Assembly (NCBI GenBank): GCA_951406725.2
Contig: OX597826.1
Coordinates: 6,572,001-6,636,000 of the forward strand
Direction: 5' to 3'
DNA length: 64,000 nt
Source of the DNA: Octopus vulgaris
Taxonomy: Eukaryota
Position numbers and translations under genes: made by a program. Positions 13,385 through 26,842 of the stretch are shown in pieces (the first letter of the stretch is position 1; each line of letters begins with the position of its first letter). The notes under the pieces are model-generated. The model had not been told where the DNA came from. It ran no database searches and worked only from the letters and a program-made list of their open reading frames with translations.

Positions 13385-13800
13385 GGCGCAGGAGTGGCTG
13401 TGTAGTAAGTAGCTTGCTAACCAACCACATGGTTCCGGGTTCAGTCCCACTGCGTGGCATCTTGAGCAAGTGTCTTCTGCCATAGCCCCGGGCCGACCAA
13501 TGCCTTGTGAGTGGATTTGGTAGACGGAAACTGAAAGAAGCCTGTCGTATATATGTATATATATATATATATAAGTGTGTGTGTATATGTTTGTATGTCT
13601 GTGTTTGTCCCCCTAGCATTGCTTGACAACCGATGCTGGTGTGTTTACGTCCCCGTCACTTAGCGGTTCGGCAAAAGAGACCGATAGAATAAGTACTGGG
13701 CTTACAAAGAATAAGTCCCGGGGTCGATTTGCTCTACTAAAGGCGGTGCTCCTGCATGGCCGCAGTCAATTGACTGAAACAAGTAAAAGAGAAAAGAGAG
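13385..13800 (+). mobile_element. full-length tRNA-derived CORE-type SINE (OR2-like) with internal (TA)/(TG) tract
   Basis: A-box TGGCTGTGTAGTAAG, B-box GGGTTCAGTCCC, CORE-like CTTGAGCAAGTGTCTT, 3' end GGCCGCAGTCAATTGACTGAAACAAGTAAAAGAG. Confidence 0.9.
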
Positions 13801-14490
13801 AGATATGAATACATGAAATAACCACCGGTGTTACTTTGCCCCACACAGAAATTGTATGTGCTACTCATATGTTTTACTAGCGCTTTCAATTCCGTCATAA
13901 TGTTGGGAATCGTTCAGTACCACCATTGTGTCACAAGCGTTTCACTCTTTTTCCTGTGTGTTTATCAGCTTGAGGTGGACATCGATGAGTAAATGTTGCA
14001 CCTGAAAGGAGTATATTGGTCCTCGTTCATTAAAACACTCTGGGGGTACGAGTGTATCTCTTAATGATGGCTATAATAGATATGCAAAAATGTAAGCATC
14101 TGCAGGCATACGTGTAAAACGGATATGCTTTCAACGATATACATCTTGTTGCTAATATTGGTTCAAATATTTATGCTGGCAATAAAACAAAATAGGATAC
14201 GCAAACCTTGATATTTATTTATATTTTCCTATACCTTATAAGGTTTCGAAGAAAACTTATTACACTTGATCAGGATAGTGCAAAATAATTTACAATTCCA
14301 CAGTGATATGTAAAGTATGTAAACATATATGAAATTTTGTCTGATCTAAATTTAATTTCGTCATAACAATATGTTAATTTTAAAGAGATATTTTCGTTTT
14401 AATAGCTTATTTTACTTAATTTTTTGTAATTGTCAAGAGCAGGAGCAGCAACAAGTTCAGTGATAAATATAGTGTTGAATTATAATAGTA

Positions 14491-14996
14491 TTAGGCTGTC
14501 CGGAAAGTTCGTGCCGATTTATAGTAGGTTTCCTTAGAACATGGTTGAGTCCATAAAATAGGATTTTACTACACCTCGATTTTGAGCATAGTTATCGTAG
14601 GAAAAGGTTTATGTTCCTATAACCTGTGTTAATTCTGTAACCCTTTAAAATGGAAGATAAGAAAGTTTATTTTCGACAGTTGATGCTTTTGAAACCAGAC
14701 AAAAATTGCTGCAGCTCGGCTGGGATGTGTTACCCCATCCTCCATATTCACCACATATTGTTCCTTTGGATTTTCATTTATTCAGGTCTCTGAGAATAGT
14801 CTTAATTCGTTGGATGACGTAAAAAAGATACCTTGATGAATTCTCTGCCATGAAATCACCTCAGTTCTGGGATGGCGGTATTTTCAAGTTAAAGGAAAGA
14901 TGGAGACGTATTGTGCAACAAAATGTTTCATATTTGGTTCATTAAAAATGTATTTATTCACCTTTATCTTTCCCTCGAACTTTACAGACAACCCAG
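14491..14996 (+). mobile_element. internally deleted non-autonomous mariner
   Basis: TIRs TTAGGCTGTCCGGAAAGTTCG and CGAACTTTACAGACAACCCAG, flanked by TA. MEDKKVYFRQLML is joined to TRQKLLQLGWDVLPHPPYSPHIVPLDFHLFRSL...ERWRRIVQQN. Confidence 0.9.
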
Positions 14997-15179
14997 TAAC
15001 AGCAGGAAGCAGAAAGAAACAGTGAGACATCGATGAAAATATGAGAAACAAAACTCGTTAGGATAATGATTGTGTTCAAGTGCACACGCACACACACATG
15101 CACACATACATACATACATACATACATACATACATACATACATACATACATACATACATACACACATTGAGATATATTT

Positions 15180-15375
15180 CTCTTGCTTTCTGCAGTAAAT
15201 GAATTGCGGCCACACTGAAATGACAAACTTCAAGGGTTTTGTCAGAATAAATACACGCCAGTACTTATCTTCTAGATTTGATGCTTATTCTGTTAGTATT
15301 TTATCTTTAAAACCGAAGCTATGGGTAATAATGAAATCTCTTGACAACCAGTGAGTGGATGAAACAAGCGCCTAC
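15180..15375 (-). mobile_element. CORE-type SINE 3' fragment
   Basis: TTGCGGCCACACTG...CCAGTACTTAT...CTTATTCT resembles the reverse of the 13385 tail. Confidence 0.5.
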
Positions 15376-15388
15376 ATAAGGACACATA

Positions 15389-15476
<88 letters not shown>

Positions 15477-15590
15477 TAAAAGGAATTCCAACCTTGTCTG
15501 ATTTTCACGTTTTATTTACAATCTTAAAATGATATAATATAATATAATATAATAAAATAAAATAATAGAATGTTAAATGTTCATTCTGAT

Positions 15591-15635
15591 TGAACTAGTA
15601 CTTTCATGCATTAAATTATGCAATCTTCAGGTTCA
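15591..15635 (-). ncRNA. minimal type-I hammerhead ribozyme
   Basis: Minus strand TGAAC-CTGAAGA-t TGCAT aattta ATGCA t-GAAA-GTAC-TA/GTTCA: 5-bp stem I, 5-bp stem II, palindromic stem III, intact core. Confidence 0.8.
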
Positions 15636-15671
15636 TGTAGTAGTGGGGACATTCATGCTTCACAATTTTTT

Positions 15672-15707
<36 letters not shown>

Positions 15708-15756
15708 AAAAAAGTCAAGATAGGAAAATGCTAAAATAATTTTATAAAAAGCATTT

Positions 15757-15792
15757 CAGTACCGGTTCCAGTCATTGAGACTTTTTCAACTT
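15757..15792 (-). ncRNA. hammerhead-like motif, U3:A8 variant, degenerate
   Basis: Minus strand ag-TTGAAAA-AGTC tcaat GACT-GGAA-CCGG-TA/ctg; GAAA is mutated to GGAA. Confidence 0.55.
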
Positions 15793-15958
15793 TATGTGTG
15801 GAAAACAATTAAATTTAGAAAAATTTAAAAAGTTTTTTTAAAAGAATGTTTTTATAGTGTTCAAATACAAGTGGCGTTATCCTTCTTTCCGCCAGTCTCT
15901 GTTTCTCTTGTTTACTCTTGTGTGTTCGAGGTCATATATATATATATATATTTATATA

Positions 15959-16003
<45 letters not shown>

Positions 16004-16060
16004 CATTATTGGTGAATTGAAGAAATGGAGCTGAACGCAGATTGAACAGAAATCGTTTTA

Positions 16061-16150
16061 TTTCATTCTACACGTGTTTCGAAAGGCACAAATTACCAAA
16101 ATCCGATGGAATAATGGGACCATATTGTGTCTTTCTCTTCAGGAAGAAAA
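16061..16150 (-). ncRNA. type-I hammerhead ribozyme with long stem II
   Basis: Minus strand TTTTCTTC-CTGAAGA-GAAAGACACAA...TTGTGCCTTTC-GAAA-CACGTG-TA/GAATGAAA. Confidence 0.8.
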
Positions 16151-16393
16151 TAGGAAATCCGTTGGAAAAACAAAAACAGAACAGAGGCAGAGCACAGAAC
16201 TTTATTCTCGGTCACAAAGAACATCTACGCACCCTCACCCACATGATTGACCGATGCCTGACCCGTTGAATTCTTCAGCCACCGGTTCTCAACATACACT
16301 GATAAACAGTTTCGCCATGGGCTCTTAGGAGCATAGTTCGATTTGTTTTTGCTCCGCCTCTGTTCTGTTTTTGTTTTTCCAACGGATTTCCTA

Positions 16394-16482
16394 TTTTCTT
16401 CCTGAAGAAGACACAATATGGTCCCATTATTCCATCGGATTTTGGTAATTTGTGCGCTTTCGAAACACGTGTAGAATGAAAT
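16394..16482 (+). ncRNA. type-I hammerhead ribozyme (mirror copy, base of stem II disrupted)
   Basis: TTTTCTTC-CTGAAGA-AGACACAA...TTGTGCGCTTTC-GAAA-CACGTG-TA/GAATGAAA, with a 3-nt deletion relative to the left arm. Confidence 0.65.
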
Positions 16483-16690
16483 AAAACGATTTCTGTTCAA
16501 TCTGCGTTCAGCTCCATTTCTTCAATTCACCAATAATGTTCTAATTTCAATTATCCGCACCAACGCACGGTTGCAACACCATATGGTTGTACCTCCAACC
16601 GTGCTGTTTTACTGCTGTGATTTTTGCTACTAAGGCATCGGTTAAACTTTTGATTAATCTACTACAAGATTATTCATCTTTCTATTTCAC

Positions 16691-16769
<79 letters not shown>

Positions 16770-16804
16770 GTACGAACACTAATGCACAGACACATGTATG
16801 TATA

Positions 16805-16950
16805 ATAAGAGGCTTCTTTCTGGTTCCGTCTACGAAATCTCCCCATAAGGCTTTGCTGGCTCATGGCTATTATTAAAGACATCTATCTAAATTGCGTACA
16901 GGGGAAATGAAGATGACCATATTGCTGTGAAGGAAATTCCACCTACGATA
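16805..16950 (-). mobile_element. CORE-type SINE 5' fragment
   Basis: GGCTTCTTTCTGGTTCCGTCTACGAAATCT...AAGGCTTTG matches the reverse of 13490-13545. Confidence 0.6.
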
Positions 16951-17004
16951 AATCCGTGTATGTATGTGTGAGTGTGTATGTACACATATGCATGTATGCT
17001 TATA

Positions 17005-17061
<57 letters not shown>

Positions 17062-17639
17062 GCACATTTATGTTTATATATGTATATATATACACGCATA
17101 TGTATAATATATATATGTATGTATAAATATGCGTGTGTATGTGTGTTCCAAATATTGCAAAAGTAGAATTAATTATTTATGAATAATATTTTTATTGTGC
17201 ATATGGTACACTGGTCATATTTCCTCTGGATGATCTGGTTGGGTTCTTAGCTAATTGCTAGTGAATGTTTTAAATTAAGAGTCAGAAAACCCATTTGCTA
17301 TCCTGAAATATGAGGTCTGTAACAATTCAGGAATCTGCTGAAATGTAATGGTGACTGTGGAAGCAAACGTGCGTGTGAATGTAATATATATATAGCCAAA
17401 TATAATAATTCATGCATATACGCATATCCTCTATGGTATAAAAGTACATTTAGGTATGTATTAGTACGTGGGTGGTCTATATACGTTTACAGTCAGTGTT
17501 ATTATTTCGATAGATATGACATTTTGTAGCTAAGCCGCTTGTGAATCGAGACTATGCATTGCTGCCCCCACAATTTTTTATTGTCTTTGTAACGAAATCA
17601 TACGGCTAGAATATTAGTTAACATTATATACTCCAGCTC

Positions 17640-17830
17640 AAAACGGTGCGCTAGCAGAATTGTTAGTACGTCGGGAAAGATGCTTAGAGACACTTCATCT
17701 TTTTCGTTGTATCATTCAAACTCTGCCGTGGTCGATTTTGCCGTTTATTCTTTCGGGGTCGATAAATAATTTACCAGTCGTGTTCTGAAGTCGATGTAAT
17801 CAACTTTCCTCCTTACAAAAATTTTAAACC
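17640..17830 (+). mobile_element. degenerate Nin/Deu-type SINE
   Basis: GCTAGCAGAATTGTTAG...TTCTTTCGGGGTCGATAAATAATTTACCAGT...GTCGATGTAATC. Confidence 0.75.
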
Positions 17831-18109
17831 AATACTATAAACGTGAACAGGGTAATAGACGGGTTGTATAATGGTTGGATTTGACATTAAAATGCGTAAT
17901 TTCTTGCCGGTTGACACTGCATTTACAACCAGGGACTGATACAACATATTATAATGCATAATGCTATAAACAAATAAATCCACTTTATTACTGAATTACA
18001 CTCTCATTATAGTAGAATTGCATTTAAATATAAAAGGATGAATAATTTATAATATATATAGAGGATGAATAAAGAATGAAACTATACCGAACTAAAAATC
18101 AACAAAGAA

Positions 18110-18365
18110 TATACGCGGGTCTGGTATTTAATCTCTCGATTCCTTATGCCGAGCCACTCAGTCACAGGGATTTAAACACACCAACACCGGTTCTCAGGCG
18201 TGTGTGTGGAATAAACATAGATACAGACACATACGCATATATATGTGTGTATATGTGTGTGTGGGCCTACGATGTGCTTCTTTCAGTTTCCGTCTACCAA
18301 ATCCACTCACAAGGATTCGGTCGGCTTAAGGCTATATTAGCAGACGTTTGCTCAAGGTTCCACAC

Positions 18366-18408
<43 letters not shown>

Positions 18409-18512
18409 CCAGCGCCATCCGGAGCGCCAGTCATGTTGTACTTTATCGTATTGTAGTTTGTGAGACACGTGATTGGGAAGCAAGCTTCCTACTACACAGT
18501 CACGCATGCGCC
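18110..18512 (-). mobile_element. CORE-type SINE interrupted by an (ACT)n-tailed insert (18368-18463)
   Basis: CTTCTTTCAGTTTCCGTCTACCAAATCCACTCACAAGG and head end CACAGTCACGCATGCGCC; the B-box region is replaced by the insert. Confidence 0.8.
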
Positions 18513-20171
18513 TATATATAAGTCTAATCTGTTTCATTTAAATCCGAAATGTTATTTGGATATATGTTATAGAATGCAGCGATTATGATCGTAAACACGA
18601 AACTGGCGGTTATTGATCTCAGAACTCCAAGAACCGCCACAGAGTATGAAGTCCAGAATTTTCGGTTTATTACTCTTCTTATTCCATTCATAATATATAC
18701 CATTGGGATATGAGCTAAATCACATTATTTAGCCGCTGATGAGAAGTCGCGATATTTCGACTATTCATTCCTGAAATTAATAACATTCGTAAACCTGGAA
18801 TTGCAATTCTTAAAACAATGAAATTACAATTTAAGAGAATTATTGAATTGGAATGTACAATATCATCAGTTGGCTTTTGATATTTTATTCTCCAGTTCGA
18901 ACAGTTGTAGTTTTATTTGAATCGTTAATAACATCAGTTCTTGCCTTTTTTTTTTCTTTCCTATTAGGAATCATGTTCTGTTCTGATATTCATAGAACAT
19001 CGAAATTATTTGTTTTAGAAGAATCATCACCCTAAAGAAAACAAACAATCAGCAAATAGGAAACGAAAAGAATGAATCATGTTTTTATGACAAAATATAT
19101 CACTCTGACGGAGAAAATGTTGTCAACTTGGAAATTATTCTCTCTACAATAATAATAATGTTCATTAAAGTCGCTTGCTAAATTAGCGGAAAACCTAATT
19201 TGTCACCGTTTTCAACGAGATGAAATAAACAATTTCTCTCCGTGCATATACAAACATATCACGAAGTTTAGCAATTGTTTTATTACATTTCGCTTGTTAT
19301 CGGCTTAGATCACCCATACAAGCGGAAAATAATCAAATAAATCAATTTTGTAAATGCATGAAGAATCGATAGAGCATCTGATCTGGACATTCAGACGCTG
19401 CACTAAGGATTTTCGCATCACGTTCCATAATGCTTCTTGGATTAGGGTTCTATGCTAATTTGCATTTAAGCGACTTATTGATCGACGGTGGGGTTGATGT
19501 CGAAGAAAATTTCGATTCAGGAATATCCCCTCTTCTGTTCAGTTAAAGAAAATCACAGTTAATCTTCAGAGAATGTTACTTGAATGTGAATAGAAATGAA
19601 AGCATACAAGTGGACAACAAGTTGAATTCTTCTAACCGGATATTAGCAATCGTTTTAAACTAGTAGAAACCATGCAGAAATCTCCTAAAACAACGGCAAT
19701 CACTTTCCACTCTCATTCGCTATAGTTTATTCAGTTCTGTAGCTAAAGATAGATTATTTGCCTTATTTTACAGTTATTCTGTGTAGTTTTGATTCTGTTA
19801 CCATATAGAAATAGTAACAGAATCCATAACTCTTTACATTTTCCCTATATAAATTCCATAACTTTCAAATGCTCTCTATTAAATACATTGTGTCTATAGA
19901 TACATATTTCTACCAGAAGAACATGATTTATTTCAATGTTGTTTTTCCATATTTTACGATATTAAAAAGAAAAATCTAATATGCTCATCGTCTTCAAATA
20001 TGTGACAGTGGCTGGGGGCAAACTATATCAATAGTATCAGCACCACCGTAATTTTCGTTGTCAACCTCACCATCGTATTTGTAGTTCTGTTGTGTTTTCT
20101 AGAAGCAGACGTCATCATTATAACGACATTTTTGGAGCACTAATCTTTTCATTTAGAAAATAATTATAATC

Positions 20172-20252
<81 letters not shown>

Positions 20253-20253
<1 letters not shown>

Positions 20254-22900
20254 CTTCCTTCCTCCTTACATATGTTTCTTACTTCAGGCTCTGTTGTTGG
20301 CTTTAGTGAAAGCGCAAAACATGTTTGTTTGTTTCTTTTGTTCGTATTTTATAGATATATATATATTCTAGTTTGCCTTTATTACTTACTACGTATGTTT
20401 GTAATCTTTCAGTCAATAATATCTAGTAAAAATGTCTACTGTTGCAGCGCATTCCCTATTTGCCTGTATTCAGAGAAAAATATAATGTTTTGTTGAAATA
20501 TCTTAAGCGGAAATGTCATTATTTTTCTGGATTTCAAATCTTGTTTGGTTATTATACTAACTTCAAACTGAAAATATTGTAAACATAAGACATTTTTTTC
20601 TATTTCTGCGCCAAATAATGTAATGATACATATTACTTACATCTTCCGTCTTCCACATTTGTAATAGCTCACCTAATGTTCCCATGATAATCATACCTAA
20701 TATATGCTTTCAATTTTTTTTCTTTCTGCTTTGCACTTTGTGTAGTTCAGTAATATTTAAGTCTGTAAGCCAAATTATATTACCACAGTCTCTTTATCTA
20801 ATATATTACATCTCCCTATTTATGTTCGTCTCTTTTCGCCCAGCTATTTTCAAAACTAAAAACATGTCATATGTCTATCTTGGTTTCCAGTCTTTCTTTA
20901 TTTCCATCGTACACCTTGAGTTCATACACGTGAAGGATTGCTATATCTGTTTTTTTTATATTTTTCTGCTTCGTTTTCTGTCATTTGAATGTTATTTCAA
21001 TGATTTGTTTTGAAATAACGCATCCATTGCTAATTCTTTTCTGATCACTAATTTTACCACTCTTATAAACAGCTTGTTTGTTGTACCGTAATATGCATAT
21101 TCGCCTCCAGTTTTGGTTAGTACATTGATTTCGCAACAGGGAGAAAAATAGATGCCAACCGGAATACCCTTAGATTATTAATTTTTCCAAGAAGAAAAAA
21201 AAAACATCTAAGATTCTTCTCAATAATTCTGTTACGATCGGTCCTACTAAATTATTGTACCTGATAGATATTTCCTCTTCGCGGCTGAAACTGATATTTT
21301 TCTTCCATGTCTTTTTTATTTATCCTTAATATATCAGCCATTTCTTAAAGACGTGTATGTTAAACTCAGGAATGTCCAGGCAGCGTGTTTATTTTTTGAA
21401 ACATTATAACCGATGCCAATAAATTCACTCTCTGTAGGACACCTCGGAAGTTCGTCGTTTTTTCGTGGCAGTTGATGCTAAAATCACTTCTGATTTTTAC
21501 CAATTCTTTCTAAAATTGCGATAGATTTTAATAGAATTCGTCGTGTATTTCAGTCAAATTTTGTTGGTTTTATCTTGAAAAATTTACTCTTTACTACAGG
21601 ATATACAAGTAACATTTATATTAGAATTCTCAAATTTTTTGGTAGTGATACTTGGAACGTTTTTCTTTAGCATACTGACATTTTCTGCCTCGTTAGATTA
21701 TTTACATTTTTGCCTTCATTTACAAGTAATACATCCTATATATTTATTCCCAACGTTTATGCATCTACTCCATTTTTATGTCGTTTAAAATGGTTAAAAT
21801 TTTATACTTGATGATTACTCTGTTCTGATTATGATGTATACAGGTCACTTACCAGGTTATCCCTGCTAAACATTTAAATATTGACTAAATTGTTTCTATT
21901 TTGCCTCTAACAATGTATTTGTCCACAGACTCTCCCCGCTTCAGCTTCTATCAGTTTTCTCTTACATCTGAATAAATGGGCTGGGGTAGATTACCCAGGA
22001 AGGAATACAGTTAAGTTGCGACAATATAACGAATGGGTTATAGCATTATTTACTTTATTTTTGAAGTGTTTCCTTTGAGATAATTATCATATTCATTTGT
22101 TAGATATCCTTTGGCTGCACATATCTCTTTTATATTTTACTGGTCGATATGCATTGTATATGCCAAGGTTTAATTCTATTGTGTTGTGGTAATTCTTTTG
22201 TATTGTTTACTTACATTATGCTAGTTGTTAATTTATATCTTCATTGTTTTCTAGTTTGAATGCGCTTTTGTATAATCTCATTGATAATATTTCGGTGTGT
22301 TTGTTATTGTATTTTTGCTGTTGTTTTATGTCTGGTGTTCTCTTTCTCATTATTTAATTATTTAACATGTTCTGATCCAACATTGATTAGTTTTATATTC
22401 TGTACATATATCAGACGGACAATTTAAAAGAAGTAGTCATGATTTGATGGTAACATTCATCTATAGACCAGGAACATATCGCAAAAATGAATTTGTATAG
22501 GATCCATTTTGTTTTACTTGTTCACTTACTCACTGAAAGCGGGTCCCTTGTTTCTGTTGTCTATTTGTTTCCGTTCAATCATAACCTCCATGATAAGTAC
22601 ACTTGAAGTTTGGAGGATCAACGGTCACATTTCCCATATTTAAATTCGGTCTAATGTTAAGGCTTTACTATTTTGCTTGCCGTTTATGTATCCTTTTTAG
22701 CCGATATTCTGTTATTATTTAATTTGTGACCTTTAACGTTTCTTAATGTGAGACCTTTCTAAAAAATATATAAGCTTGTGTAAATTTTGGAGAATCTGTC
22801 GCTACTTTCCTCTAGAATACAACGACAACATGTCGCTTCTGATAGGTAAACACTGATTGACTGCAGCGAAGAAGAATAGAAAGCAGTGATACCTCCCATG
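20253..22900 (-). mobile_element. highly decayed LINE (CR1/L2-like) with (TAA)n tail at 20172-20252
   Basis: T-rich plus strand over 2.6 kb ending in (TTA)n. Minus-strand traces (FNMGNV, SNHD, ILERI, RGVLQ) appear in the expected APE-to-RT order. Confidence 0.45.
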
Positions 22901-24827
22901 AGGAGCTACTATAACCACTTATACATTTTGAACTATGTAAATCAGTTAATACAAAAAAAAATATGCCCGACTTCGGATTAATTTCAGACCAATTTTCTTA
23001 TAGAATAAAATAAAAGGAATATCATGGCTTTAAAGGGTAAAATCATATAAAGAGCGGTTGGGCTGAAGCTTGCAAATCTGAACAGGCGTTATACACACTT
23101 CGTGATAAAGCATTGCTGCTGTTGTAACTTACTTCAACAGAATATTAGTAATCTACACAGTTGCTAATATATGAATCTAAACATAATGTAAATTGAACGT
23201 CTATCATTCGCAAGTTTGAAAATACGTGAAACATCAACTGTTTCATACTTTACAAATTAGGAAGATACAGAATCTAAAATAAATCTACACTTCGTGATAC
23301 GAATGACAACAATGCACTGTTTCGAGATAACATGCCTTGTAGCGAATTACACGCAATTTCAAAACCTCTCAGGTACGTATTGTCATCATCAGTTGCAGAG
23401 TAATCTTCAATGGATGTTTTCATGAAACTAGAAGCCAATACAAATTCAGATTATACTTAACTTCTCGAGTTCAGCAATTCACGTCACAGAACAAGAGGGT
23501 TGATTTCAAAGCACCATTTGAACAAGCCTCTATATTTCTTCATAAAGCTATCTTTCATTACGTCACATATTCATCTTCTATATATGCAAGTAAACATCTG
23601 TGTATATGTGTCTGTGTGTGTGTCTATAATATCGTATCATAACACATATTTTCTAAATATATTATATATATATATATATTTATACGTATATATACATACA
23701 TATACATATATGTATAAATACACACAGACACTTATGCATGCGTATATATATATATACGCGTGCATAAATATACATGTATATAGATATGTATATATATACA
23801 TATATATATATATACACATACACACATATGTATATATATATATATATATATATTTGTGCGTGTGTATAAGTGTGGGGGTGTATGTATGTAAGCATGTACG
23901 CACGCATGTGCGTGTACGTGTTCGTGAAAGAGAGATACTTATGTCAATACGCAAAAAATTATGATTATAAAATGCATGTATTTATTACGTATGTATTTGT
24001 ACGTAGGTTTTTATCCTGTTCGTTCTTGACTTTTTTTTTCTGTTGTGTTAAATATAAAATGGACGATAAGAATAAGCATGAAACATTATGACCAAGTGGA
24101 TTTTTGCCATTGATTATAGAGTATAAGATTACTCCTATTCATTTTTATCTCTCTGCTAAATTTTTTCTTCTTCTTCTCCACTTGAATATGAGCCTTCGAC
24201 AAATCAGAGAGAAATCGATGCAATGTGAAGTGCTGTATGCCAATACAAAGTGGAAATAAAATTTATGAAGAAGAGAAACTTCAGCGTTCACGCCAGAGCT
24301 TAGCTTTTCTAACTTAAACAAAGCAACAATTCACTTCACTCAAATTGTTAAGGCAGCTTTTTGAAATAAAAAAAATGCATACTTCTCCAAAAAACTGTAC
24401 ATATTCTCTTTCCTAGTCCATATTTGTCATCCATACTAGCGATATTCTTTATATTCTTCTTCTTCTTCTTCTTCTTCTTCTTCTTCTTCTTCTTCTTCTT
24501 CTTCTTCTTCTTCTTCTTCTTCTGCCTCATCTACTTCTCCTTTTTCTTCTTCTTCTTCTTCTTTTTCTTCTTCTTCTTCTTCTTCTTCTTCTTCTTCTTC
24601 TTCTTCTTCTTCTTCTTCTTCTTCTTCTTCTTCTTCTTCTTCTTCTCTTTCTCTTCGTCATCATCATAATCGTCATCATCATCATCATCATTATTATTAT
24701 TATTGACATCCTTACTGCTGTCGCTGCTTTGATTGTTTTTATGATTGCTGCTTTGTTGTTCTTGTTCTTAGTAGTAGTAATAGTAGTGGCAGCGGCAGCA
24801 GTAGCAGCAGCAGCAACGGTAGTAGTA

Positions 24828-25013
<186 letters not shown>

Positions 25014-25144
25014 AATTGTATTTTTTCTGAATTCCTCTATTTTGCATTTTATTTCGTTTTGGGATTTGGTTTACAAGATTCCTTATGTGGGTTCGTGTGT
25101 TGAAGCATATACTGTTGGGTCTGGAGAGAGGCATTTCTTTTTAT

Positions 25145-25243
25145 CTCACCGGTAAAATTTCCACTTATTTCTTATCTTTATTTTCCTAAAGTTTTATTTT
25201 CCTAAACTTTTCAATAAGAAATAAGATGAAATTTTACCGGCGA
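25145..25243. repeat. 30-bp inverted repeat within a dispersed repeat
   Basis: CTCACCGGTAAAATTTCCACTTATTTCTTA versus TAAGAAATAAGATGAAATTTTACCGGCGAG. Confidence 0.8.
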
Positions 25244-25431
25244 GTGTGTTAAATTATAAGGGACGAAAAGGAAATTACTCTAGCTTGCATTTTTCTAGAA
25301 ATCTTGTCCAATACATTTCAATCATACTTCTGATGTGAAATATACTTCTACATTCTACAATAGTAATCTCACTAGATATCGTAACTCTAACTAAATTCTG
25401 ACATATATATGCGTATACAAGGTACACTGAC

Positions 25432-25695
25432 TGTGATGATAACACTCGATGTGGCGCATCCACGCCGTCTAGTTCATACAAAAATGTGTTTCTTCCTTCA
25501 TAGTACGTGAAGATCATCCCAATTGTCATTCGCAGTTGCATTAGATATCTGTATATACTTTCAATAAGTCTGTGTATGTCACTCAACATTATGCATGGTT
25601 GAATAAAGAACATATTTTATTCCTTGTGTTAAGAGTGACTGTTATTTTTCTCGGTTGATTTATGTTATAATTATTTGAAAATTCCAGACACCAAC
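25432..25695 (+). mobile_element. possible solo LTR
   Basis: TGT...AACA ends and internal AATAAA at 25602; no TSD found. Confidence 0.25.
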
Positions 25696-26239
25696 ACGAA
25701 ACAGATCATTTGCTTGACAATTAATACTAATATTTTATCTGAACGTGTGTTAAATATTTTCTTAATAGTAATTGCTTCCGGTTGCGCTATTTCGTTTCGG
25801 CTATTGAAAACAAATGCAATTCTTTTAGGAAACATATACATCTGTATCTAAGTTAAATGCAGGAACATTTGTAAATAAAGAAACAAATAATGCCATACAT
25901 GATTACCACTTGAAATTACTTTAATTATTAAGTAATTCTTAATGAATAATCAATATAAGAAATTTAAACATGTATATTCTACACCTTATTTTTCTCTTTT
26001 CATAATTTTGTAGAGAAAATTGTAATATCGCCAAATACTATGAAGAAATGATAATGTCCCTTGTTTTAACTCTGTCATAAGTTGTGGTGTCGGCTAGATG
26101 ACACTACATCTCATTTCATGACAGAAGCAAAAGTTGAAATATTGTCTAAATATATTGATCTCGAAATCAACGTTCGTAACGAGTTATCTGACAAATTATA
26201 TATCAGTTTGGAGATATAAATTTCTTATGTTTGACTTCT

Positions 26240-26842
<603 letters not shown>

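Larger units (their letters stand above)
15999..16695. mobile_element. Penelope-like non-autonomous cassette with inverted pLTR-like arms, embedded in (TA)n
   Basis: Arms 15999-16194 and 16350-16543 are near-perfect reverse complements. The right arm continues ~150 bp. (TA)n lies on both sides and each arm carries a hammerhead. Confidence 0.75.

Noticed and set aside
13385-13455. tRNA-like A/B boxes here and at 5490-5566 and 32690-32757
   Set aside because: These are SINE heads without a complete cloverleaf, not tRNA genes.
18731-18790. CTGATGA...GAAA TTAA TA hammerhead-like string
   Set aside because: No stem I pairing, and a 6-nt insertion lies before GAAA.
19451-19466. Overlapping ATGCTAAT/ATTTGCAT octamer-like sites
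   Set aside because: Expected by chance in AT-rich DNA, and no conservation data are available.
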